Origin: Pavona decussata
Lineage: Eukaryota
Direction: 5' to 3'
NCBI GenBank assembly: GCA_977016875.1
Contig: CDRNST010000214.1
Location: forward strand, 4,278,001 to 4,342,000
DNA: 64,000 nucleotides
The translations under genes and the position numbers were made by a program. This document shows, one piece after another, positions 13,011-23,406 of this stretch; position 1 is the first letter of the stretch, and each line of letters starts with the position of its first letter. The notes under the pieces were generated by a model. The model made no database searches. It was not told the DNA's origin and saw only the letters and a list, made by a program, of their open reading frames with translations.

Positions 13011-13156
13011 GACGAGCCATAAACTGCGCCGATTGCAGTCGTTGGCAGTGGTGCATGCATGTCGAAGTGAATTCGACCTCATGACGAGCCATAAACTGCG
13101 CATCGCAGTCATAGGCAGTGGCGCATGAATGTCGAAGTAAATTCGACCTCATGACG
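13011..13156. repeat. Two tandem 70-72-bp units, each with a GTCGAA-N5-TTCGAC hairpin
   Basis: GACGAGCCATAAACTGCGC...GTCGAAGTRAATTCGACCTCAT at 13011-13082 and 13083-13152. Confidence 0.9.
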
Positions 13157-15727
13157 TTATGGTAAATAATTCTTAAACGCTGAAGAGTAAAAAGAATACA
13201 ACATTAAGCCCATTAACTTCCCAACACCTGGCATTCAAACCAGTTAGTCAGGGTACTAATTGGCTTGAATAGCCCAGTGAACAGCGTTTAAGCATATGCA
13301 ATCTGAATGGACCCAGGCTGGCTCGCCTCAGTTGCAGAGAAAATTCTGCTACTGAGCTGAGGCCACTGACACTTGTAGAAGTCGGAAAAACACGCCGACG
13401 GTCAAATAGCTTCAAAGCTGATAACGGAGAAAAAATCGACTGAAAAGCCATTCAAGCCGAAAATATCGATTGAAAAGCCATTTAAGCCAAAAAGCCAATC
13501 TCTTGAAAAGCGAAAAAGTCAAAATCAGTAAAGCCACTCTGTCGAAATGCCAATCAATCAAAATTTGCCAGTTAAACGTCAGTATCCCTCAAAATGTCAA
13601 TCAAGCGAAAAAGCGAAACAAAAGCAAATTGAGAACCATGCGGACAGTACAAAGAGTTAAAAAGTCGAAGTGGTCGAAGAGCAGGACCATTTTCCGAACA
13701 GAAGCTGAAGAAAAAAGTAGTCGAATAAAAGATTGCGAATGAAGATACCCTGACAGGATCGAAGGACGCTGTGGGCATTTTAAATGTCGCAAAAAAAAAA
13801 AAAAAAAAAAAGAACTGGGTTCCATTCAGAGCTAACTTAATTACCCCCCTTAACTAACCCAACCCCAGTGAAAAACAAATCTGAAAGGGTACGATACCCA
13901 GACCATAAAAGGTCTTCGACGGACTTGTCTTGCTGCTTGAACTTTCCATTCATACATCAGATTGTTCATTTGTGTCCATAGAGAAGTTGTACCGGGTCGT
14001 ACACTGAAGTTGTGTTGGTTTGCCATTGCAGGGACAATTGCATGTGAAGGAGAATAAATTATTTTCCTGCAAACAAAACAAGAGAGGAGTTTAAATAAAT
14101 GACTCTTTGTCTGTAATAGGGCAACAAAACTACACGATTTATGGTCGTGAAATTTCACCATGGATTTTATCAGTGTGTAAAATAAACCCTTAAAGCGCTT
14201 TCTCGTCTCGAGCAGAGGGAATAAAAATTCCGCCAAATTTTATTGAAACATGTTTGTCATCTTGAATGGAAACTTGCCACATACGCTACTATAATTTTTT
14301 CGAATTTAAAACCTTAAAAAAAATAATAAACCACAAAGTGTTACAGAGGGTATTTTAACTCTATAATTAATTTTATGTTCCGTGGTGTAAACAGTTTGTT
14401 TTCCCGCAAATGAAACATTGAAAGCTTTCCCGCTGGCTCGACTAAACGCACGAACGTTTGCAGTTTTAGGCAAAAATTATTAAAGAAAAGAAAGTAAACC
14501 TCTTTAATTATTGCCACTCTTATTAACTTAAACTAGATTGAGAGTAACCTTACCTTACCTTTTTTGTGTTAAAAGTTATTGTCAGAGTATCAGTTTGTCG
14601 TGAATTCTTCCCCGCAAAGTTACCACTGACGTGTAAAGATGTCTACTTCAAAGAACATTTTGCGTCGTTTTTGCAACTTTTAACACCTTAACCGTAGCGT
14701 TGGAGGTTGGAGCTTTCCTTCTGATCATATAAAACTCTGAGAAAAATTAAATAAAAGCAAATTTGAGATGTGTACTAGCTTTAAAAAACACTTAACACTT
14801 AAAACACTTAACAAGTGCAAGTTTGTGTATTGAAAGTACAAACTGCTTCTCGATAATTTCTTACCTCGCAATGCCAACAAAGTCTCCAAAGTTTACTTTC
14901 CGTGTTCTCCTTCTTCAGCGCACTTTTTATATGTGGTTCCTTGTGAAGTTTTCGTTGCAGCTAAGAAATAATTAGCTCAAAACACGGGGAAGAAAATAAA
15001 ACTTCGCTCGACGCTCGCTTCAGAAGTAAAATAACTGCATTCCAGTTGAACAAGGTGAAAAAGTTGAACAAAAAGGGCGCGAATTTTGCAGGCTTTTTGA
15101 CGGCTCTTTCTTTCTGATTGGCTGGCTGGAAAAATCTAGCAACCCCATTGGCTGAATGGTGACACTTATCATTCATTACAGGATTCACAGCCGCTTGGGG
15201 GCCGCAAGTTGTTTGAACGCATTTAAAATTATCGCTGATCGGATATTATAATTTTGAACGGAGAAATTTTCTTGGAGCATTTGAATTATTATTTGCACTT
15301 AACGAGAACATTTAAGCAAAATATTTAAAATGTTGCCTCGGAGTTCCCAGATATACAGATTGGACTGTTCGGATGTTTTAGCTGAAAATTTCTGCGGCGG
15401 AACTTTTAAGAAAAAGAATTTTATCGCTCGAATTTAAACCTTAATAAATCGACGGCAGTTTTCTATGGTCTATACTCTTTTTTCAAAAACTGACTCGTTG
15501 GCCATGGATAACGAAGTTCCAGAGCTTTTTGATTGGCTAAGCAACCATGGTATATGAGCTTAAAAAGAAAATATCAATAAATCAGCAAGATTTAGCGAGT
15601 TTTCGTTGTTGTTTTTAATAAAACGATTATTATTAGAAGTGTCATTGTATTTAGCGGCATACGTGCTAATTAGAGACGTACACTTTAAATCAGGAAACAT
15701 GCATCGCAAATAGACTTCGTAAACTTC

Positions 15728-15897
15728 TAAGAGTCCCTGCTGGTGGGAGACCGGTTGGCTGTTTACAAACCGCAGCAGAGGAGTGGAACTCGGGACTACC
15801 CAGAATAAATCCATTGAGTGCATGGCACGGTGATGGATTTGAACCTGGGACCTCTAGATTTCAAATCCAGTGCCCTAAACCACTCGGTCATGCCACA
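15728..15897 (-). mobile_element. tRNA-derived SINE (Nin-domain-like body)
   Basis: - strand head TGACCGAGTGGTTTAGGGCACTGGATTTGAAATCTAGAGGTCCCAGGTTCAAATCC carries A and B boxes and a TGA anticodon-like loop. The body GTAAACAGCCAACCGGTCTCCCACCAGCAGGGACTCTTA resembles, from memory, the Nin domain of cnidarian SINEs. Confidence 0.65.
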
Positions 15898-16757
15898 TGC
15901 ACAAGTGAAAACTATTTCAAAAGCGGTCGTGTGGATAGAAAACTTTTGATGCGTTTTCATACAAAACGAAGTGTATGTGTGGACGAGGCCTTAGATAAAA
16001 TTATCTCTGTGCCGACGAGAAACCCTTTATTGATTTATTCTCGTTCTGCAGCGAGACGGCAACACTTTTCACGTAGAGACGTTTTGAAGACTGGCTGGAC
16101 GAAAATCAAACAACGTTACTTAAGGCCAAGCAATAGGGCAACATTTTCTTGCAGCTTGTCGCGCAACAAATGTTGCATTGCAAGTTGCGATTATTTGTTG
16201 CCCGTATTACCACCTACGCACGCATCAAATTTTCGTGTTGCAAAAAGTAGAAACAGCGTCTACTTTCTGCAACATGAAAATTTGTTGTGCTCATAGGTCG
16301 TAATACCGTTAACAAACAATGGCAACTTGCAACGCAATATTTGTTGCGCGCCAACTTTAAGATAACGTTACACGTCCCCAGTCGTCTACCTTGTCTACCT
16401 TTGCCAGCATGTTTACCTTTGCCAGCATGTTTGTAATTTTCTGTTTGTAATAATTATTAACTCACACAGCCCGCCTCGATTAGCTCTGCTATATGCGGGC
16501 TGTGTGTATTCCTGTAAAAGATATGAATATTTAATAAAGTTGTTGTTGTTGTCTTTTCGCGCGAGGGCTGATGGGAAGGTGGAAAACGATGCATTGCCGC
16601 GTTGCCGCGTGAACGTTCAAGCTACAATTCGTCTCTCAACGACAAAAGTTTAAACACAAGCGAAATAGAAAGCGAAAGAGGAAAGGAGTAAGTGAAACTG
16701 TAAGACCAGGAAAAACGAGAAGATGGTCCGCCGGACACGGAGGTCGATCGGTCTCGC

Positions 16758-17010
16758 CAAGAGACTATGAGGTAAGAGAGCGAATCCCTGTGCCCCATTA
16801 TAATTATTTTCAATCTTTTTTTAGTTCGCGTCATGCTATTTTGAGAAATTATAATCCGCCATTGAGTTTAAAAATAAATAAAGTCACTCTAACTGACCAA
16901 TAGGATGCCGACATTAAAATAGCAACGCAAACAAAAAATAGATTGAAAAAAATTTTCATAGGAAGAGGGGCATGTATGGGGGATTCGCTCTCTTACCTCA
17001 TAGTCTCTTG
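16758..17010. mobile_element. MITE with ~31-bp TIRs (CA...TG termini, P-element-like)
   Basis: CAAGAGACTATGAGGTAAGAGAGCGAATCCC ... GGGATTCGCTCTCTTACCTCATAGTCTCTTG, with 7-bp flanks GTCTCGC/GTCTCGA. Confidence 0.8.
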
Positions 17011-20000
17011 GTCTCGAACAATTTTTTTGGTATAATTCATGGTAAAGCAAGGGTGACTATATGGAGGCCGTTAGGGTTATGGTTAGGGTAATGTGTGTGA
17101 CTATATGGTTCTTTTAACATGAATTACTTGCCAACCCATATTCTGCGGGTTTGTTTTCTACGGATTCTGGGTAGATTTTGGTCCCAGACCCTTGAGTCCA
17201 AGTGTGGCATCAAACATGTTGCACTGGTTTGGCCACCTCTTCAACACTGTGCAGCATCGTCTAGCAATGTTGGATGATGTTGCAATCGGCGTTCGGGCCG
17301 GACCTTAATAATCAGTTCGCGAGATTGTGTATTTTAAAAAACTTATCGTAATAGTATGTATAACAACGATATAATATCGTAAATTTGTGTTAGTGTTTCA
17401 ATAAAAAAAATCTGGGAGTTGCTTTTGTTCGTTAAAGGTCTCCGGTTTTTTGGTCTTTTTCTGTGTTCGCTGGTCGGGGGGCTTTCGGGTCTCTCGGGGG
17501 TGTGTCTTGTTTGGTGGCGGGCATTCGGTGGTCGCGTGTCAGTTTTGATTGATATTTTGATTTGGTTTCTATAGACTTGGGATGTCTCTTGTTTTTGTTG
17601 GGCGGTGGACGTTTGAAGGTTGTCCCATGGACTTTTTCCGTAGAGTATGTATGCAAATGTCGACTTTGAAAAAAAAAATTATCCGTGCTCTACCGACTGA
17701 GCCCGTATGAGGCCAGACGGGAACAAGTTGTGGGTGATTATGGTGGTTATTGCGGTAATGTGAATGTGAAGAGTACTAATGAATGTCATTCAGTATATGA
17801 CAGCAGTGCTTCCTTGTGACCCTAATGGTTTTTTTCACAATTTGAAAATTTAATTTAATTGGGATTATGTGTGGTCAAAACTCCAAAGCAAAACGCGGCT
17901 TGTCATAATTTCGACTTTGGCATTCTTAATACTATAAGTACCCCTGGTATGGCAACTGTGTCTGTTACCGTGACTGAAGGTGGTTTTGGCATGTTTTCAG
18001 TTCACTTCACCGGCAGAGTCGTGGTTTCTTTAGAAGTTCAGCATTTTTTTTTTTTCAGCCGAGCTCCGAACTTGAGCTTTCTTGCCCAGTCAACCAAAGA
18101 TTGAAAGTCGGCGCAATCTGTTCGCGCCATTTCATGATACAATCTAATTCATAAGTATTTTGGTTCTCAGAAGACTACAAAACAAAATGTAAGATTCGGC
18201 TTTCAGTCTTTTTCAGTTCAGCCTATCGCGGGATTAATTAAGGTCTTTTAAGGAGCGGAAGGGCTAATTGAAAGTCGGCACACGACCGTTGTTTACTCGG
18301 AACTGTCGACCAGCTTGTTTGCGGCTCTTGAAAGTACTGTATCGCTATTTGACTGCGGAAAGGTGTGGCACGCTCGGGTTCCGACCAACCGACGGCCAAA
18401 ACAAAAGGCACAGCAACTGTAGTGAAGTGTTTCCTCAATGCGATGTTTTTGTGTTTGAGCCACTCTGTGTTTGCGGCTTTTGTCTTTGCTAGTGGATCCT
18501 TAGCGACATTATTTGTATAGTGTATTATTACCAAGCCGCGGGAAGTTGACTGAGAGTCATTAAAGTTGTTTCCACATGTGTTTGAAATCTACTTTCCCAC
18601 ATAAACACGCTTCAGGCACAGTTAATAGCCGTTGATGGAATATTACGTTTGAAACAGCAATATTTATTTCTCCACCCCTATAATCAGAAATTCGGACAGA
18701 AGCAGTTGATAACTGAAGCACATGAGGGTGTGTTTTCAAAGTTTACGCTTGTGTGCGAGTCATGTATTTTTAGCATAGTTATTTTCCGATTGTTGACAAT
18801 GGTGGACAAAAGAACAATGAAGAATATGAAAACTATTTCTCTCGTAATTATTAGCGTTCAAATTAAAACTCGGTCAACTGCAAATTCTTGGACAAAAGAG
18901 GTGAAACCATAAGACCAGTTTTAGTAAGAACTTATTAACTCCGTTGTAATTGTTTTCCGCTTTTGTATTTTTTATGCATTTCTGGCGATTTATTTTTAGC
19001 AGCGCGCCGATCCGAACACCTACACATCTATTTGCTTTGAGAAATGGGGTGTCAAACTGGCTGAAAACTGAGCTGCAAATCGCACAAAAAAACAAAATAT
19101 CATCCAGTTTAAACGTTTTTAATTGGATTGATTCGCTACTATTCATACAAGTGATTATTAAGAAGCTGTGATGTAAACAAAACGTGACTTAAGGCACTTT
19201 TGAATGTTGCGCCAATGACATAACGTTTTGCAGTTCTCTGACAACAACGTACATTGATTCACGGCGACACTACAATACGTATACATCGAAATATAATTTG
19301 CTAACCAATACTCTGAATACTGCATGCGCTTTCGTAAATAAATTAAACTGATTTCGCTATTTTGTAATTACATAATATATCAAATGAATCTTCGAGATAA
19401 TCGGCCTCCCCAAGGCGATTTACTTGTATAGTTTTAGTTTCCTTCTTAATTCGTGACTGACCAGCACCCGAACTATTACTTTTTTCTGTTAGTGTATGCA
19501 GTCCATGTTTTAAGACAATGGTGGTTTTCAAACATTGTTGATTTTAGCGCTAAAGGTTTGAAAATGGCCGGAAACGGTTCTCTCTATCTACACACAGATC
19601 TACGCGTGTCAGGCACATTAAAGAGTGTTTGTATGTCGCTGATGGGTGCAAGAACGTAAAATAAACTTAGGCGCTCGTTAATGCACTACCGAGAGAGCAT
19701 CCTAAGATCTATTTATCCCTAGCGCGGAATACTTCTTGAAATGTTCTACATATACTGAGCTACAGTTATTTTACAGATTATAAACTTATTTTCTTGACAC
19801 GCTGTAACTTTAAGCTTGTGAACGAGGTGCGAATTTGTTTATTCTTACCTTGGTATTTAACTAATTCAACAAGCGTGCACAGGACTATCGATCCGTTTCG
19901 TTCAATTGAGAAAAGCCCACTTAAAATGTAACTAGCCGGGGCCTCGCGTACAATGACTGAGCTGCTGCACCTCGTAAAACCGTTGTTTTAGAGCAGACAA

Positions 20001-20169
20001 GTCTAGTTCCTACATCTTCTGTGGCTTTTTTCTCAGTTTTATCTCTGATAAACTGTTTGATTTCTAGATTTCAAGTCTTGATTTTGTTCGTTACGCCGGG
20101 CTTGATTCGTGCTGGTGACCTCACTCTTGTCAGGCCACGCATGCAAGCAAAAATTGACAAGTCCTGCCG

Positions 20170-20898
20170 TCACTGCAAGCACTTGCATTTACACTCTGTG
20201 ATCACGGGATAAAAAAACTTCAGCCACATGCAGCTAGTATCCTTCCGTTGGGCGAATCTATCCAGACAGTGCCATCGCAGCACACCCACGTTCTTGGTGC
20301 TTCCTATGCGACATCTCATCCCAGAAGGGAATGAGCACGTTGTCTTTTTGGAACACCTTCCGACTTTGATGTGACGAGGCCAATATCGCACCCCTAGGTC
20401 CTTCCACTTTTGGAGCACAGAACAATGCGAGACTTGCCAGAGCCATAGCTGCAGTTTTTTACTCGCCTTAGGCCCGAGATGTCTTTTCATCCCAGGCATT
20501 TTGAAATCCAGATTTTTTATTTCATCTGGCATGCTCTTCACCAACATCTTTCGCACGAATTCGTCCTCCTCCTCTGCGTGAGCTGTACTGGCGTTGTTTT
20601 TCTTCATCAAGACTTCTTCTTTGTTCAGCGCGGTAAATTCTTGATTGTAATCGTTGCCGAGTTTTCTGCTCATCGCGGCTATGTCGTAGTCGCTTTGTAT
20701 TGGGTCGCTGGGGTAACTCTTTGGCTCGAGCGGTATTTTCAGCTTCAGTTTATCCCTGGCAGCCCCGGCTGGTTGAGGATCTGGATCAGGCTGGAGATGT
20801 TTCCAGGGCTGTGCCTCGGAAGAAGTCTGCCAAACAGCTCCCAGAAAACAGGCGACCAGAAACGTGGACATGCTCTTGAACTTTAAATGACACATCAT
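20170..20898 (-). CDS. NOG: Noggin (secreted BMP antagonist), single coding exon, 242 aa
   Basis: Hydrophobic signal peptide and clip-like region (PLEPKSYPSDP..D...SRKLG.DY...F). Basic patch GMKRHLGPKASKKLQLWLW. Noggin cystine knot C..KWKDLGVRYWPRHIKVGRC....TCSFPSGMRC......LRWHC...CMW....YPVITECKCKC with 9 Cys. Confidence 0.96.
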   Translation of the reverse strand: MMCHLKFKSMSTFLVACFLGAVWQTSSEAQPWKHLQPDPDPQPAGAARDKLKLKIPLEPKSYPSDPIQSDYDIAAMSRKLGNDYNQEFTALNKEEVLMKKNNASTAHAEEEDEFVRKMLVKSMPDEIKNLDFKMPGMKRHLGPKASKKLQLWLWQVSHCSVLQKWKDLGVRYWPRHIKVGRCSKKTTCSFPSGMRCRIGSTKNVGVLRWHCLDRFAQRKDTSCMWLKFFYPVITECKCKCLQ

Positions 20899-23267
20899 TT
20901 TCTATAAACAGCTTATGAACTGCTAAGTTTAGCCTCTGGAATGACACAATGTGGATTGCGTTTTAGGCGTAACGTTGACCGCGGTGCACGGTATGTAGCT
21001 TGAGTGGTGATCCTGATTGTTACAAGGTCCAACTCAAATGCTGCTATGCTTCATGTGTCACCGAAGTTATCACTGTTTCAAAAGAGATTGGCAAAAAACA
21101 ATCAAGATTCAGAAAATAAATAAATATCTCAGGGCTAGATTACAAATTACATCCGACTACGATCAACCTGTTATTTACCTAAGGGAGACCTGATGTCTAG
21201 ACTTGCATTGATAGCAGCATTAAACTCCCTTACAAGCGTGCGCTTGATGTCCGATAGTAACGTCAGCTAACTGTGTCAGAGTCACCGTTCATGAACACTT
21301 CGATGATGCACGGAAATGAAGGAAATGTCCCGCGGCTTTTCTGACTTCCGTGGTTTTTAAAACCTTCGAAGCAGTCGACGCTCAGACATGCTTAACGGCA
21401 GCGGCGCAGGACCAGAAGGCTTGGCACTGTTTAAATGAGGCTTAATTCACCTTGCAATCTAACGAATGTCGGCTAGTTCAATTTGAACCGATTCTGTTGC
21501 TTGTGGTAATGAGATGAACCTTTGTGGTTCGCGAGTCAATAAGTCAGAATGTGCCCAAACGCAAACTCTCTGGCCCGGGTTGTCGAGCATCTCTCGAGCT
21601 TTTGAAGCATAATTATTATAATGAATAAATCTCAGCAAGAAACAAGGGCCTCATTTATCCGCTCAACTGGGGGCGGGGATGCTGAGAGAAGCCTCCCAAC
21701 AGGTTCACGCTCGCTTCAGAGAGCTGTTTAGTATGCATGGGTACCCTTATCGTGTTTTCGTCCTTGACTATTGTTCCTCGAAAATCCATTTAGGCCTTAA
21801 TACCTCTAATCCTTTTTTTATCGCGAAAGGTGACATTTATTAAGAAGATATTCTCTATGTTGATTCCAGTTGGCCGCGCAGCGAGTTCGAAACAATCAAC
21901 TGAAGCGTGTTTAACAAGGGTTGCAGTTAATGTAAGCTTGGCTAGTGAAAATTATTGCGAGGTTAATGAGTTTAAGCACCTTCTAACTTAGCAACTGATA
22001 CAAATAACTGCCGCGGAGTCTTTCACCAGTCTTAATACCGTGTTACGCCTGTTATCCATCAAATAAGATATCGGTTGTCAACGTCCTTTTACTGCGATCC
22101 GCCCGAACGATAAAATGCTAATTATACATTAATTGACCTAGCTGCAAAAAGCCTTAGATGAATTCCACGCATTAGGGCCACTCTTGAGGCTTTAGATTTC
22201 AGAGACATGTACAATAATTTTAAACCTTCCGTGTGAAATTGGAGAACAGGCGCTGGGGCTCTCAGGGCACGAACACGCACGCCTCCAGCTAAATTGTGCA
22301 AGCGATTAGTTCGGCGACCAAACCAATCGTGTTTCACGGTGCAGAGCAAACATCACGATCACCCGCGCTCATCAGTTTAAAAAGTTGTGGGCGTGCAAGT
22401 TCTCCAAATGTTTCATCACAGCACAGTTTAACGGTCTTGACTTTCTGTTTTGCGATTAGCCAACAGTCCTCATAAGCTAATCCCTCTTATTACCACTTAT
22501 AAATTATTGTACCACGGAGATTCGCATGAGTCGCGCAATATTTCGCACGTCCGGAGCATGCAGCGCGAGAAAATTACCCGCGCTGCGGGTTTGCCATCGT
22601 TTTAATTGTGTCACGCTGCCACTGAAAAGTTAATAACAGCGCCTATAGATGTTTTTCCTTCCGTTCTGTTCCGAAAAGCTTGTTGTAATTTAAAAGTACT
22701 TATTCATCTCGGTGTGGGTGGTACGAGATAGTTGAAATCACTTATGACGTTAAACGTTCTTCGTTAGTGACTAGCAATTAAAACCTAATTGTTTTTATTC
22801 TATGAACTATAAAGTTTCCGGAAAGAACGTTCGTGAAATTGTTTGTTTTGATACTTGTCAACAGCGTTTAAAATGAAAGGACACCGATTTTTCTTTACTT
22901 TTTTTTTTCTTTTTTTTCAATATAGTGACTCTTTAATTTTTGAGGCCTTGCCGAGAAAAATATAACTTGAAAATAAAATACAAAATAACAGACAAGCGTT
23001 CCACGGAGAGTTGAAATGGAACTGATTTTACTGAATCGTTTCGTCGCACTCTTTGCACTGGGGTTGTGCATTCTGTCACGTTTGGTTGCGGACGCTTTCA
23101 GTTTTAGTTGGATCGCTGTTCTACAGAACTGATGTGATGAAAATTCGAGCGGGGTTGTCGTTTTTGCACCTAGAACTAGTCTCGCAACAGAAAGTATTGT
23201 GGTTACTAAAGACCAAGCCTTGAGCAAGCGTGCTGAGGTTTGTGAATCCGTAAAGCCTGTAACCATT

Positions 23268-23346
23268 TAGCCTGTGAACATCCGCCCCCTCCCCTCAAAA
23301 AAATCCCCGATTTTTTTGAGGGGAGGGGGCGGATGTTCACAGGCTA
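23268..23346. mobile_element. 79-bp palindromic MITE with 9-bp TSD (Mutator-like)
   Basis: TAGCCTGTGAACATCCGCCCCCTCCCCTCAAAAAAATC-ccc-GATTTTTTTGAGGGGAGGGGGCGGATGTTCACAGGCTA, with TSD GTAACCATT at 23259-23267 and 23347-23355. Confidence 0.9.
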
Positions 23347-23379
23347 GTAACCATTCATATGAAAGCTTTTGATCACCGA

Positions 23380-23406
23380 CAAGAGAGGATGAAGGATCCT
23401 CTCTTG
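23380..23406. mobile_element. 27-bp micro-MITE with 7-bp TSD
   Basis: CAAGAGAGGAT-GAAGG-ATCCTCTCTTG flanked by TCACCGA on both sides. Confidence 0.75.

Larger units (their letters stand above)
5740..13811. mobile_element. Unclassified decayed ~8 kb element/island (transposon- or virus-derived?)
   Basis: CpG-rich left edge, broken ORFs (largest 7640-8269 -), blocks of strand-biased purine-rich coding-like DNA, internal duplications, subterminal-like repeats (12600-13790) and a poly(A) run at 13791-13810. No diagnostic domain was recognised and the boundaries are approximate. Confidence 0.35.

Noticed and set aside
20479-20886. 135-aa + strand ORF
   Set aside because: Antisense shadow of the noggin CDS.
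22320-22382. Hammerhead ribozyme on the - strand (CUGAUGA...GAAAC)
   Set aside because: Stems I and III cannot be formed convincingly; the same applies to CTGATGA at ~4974.
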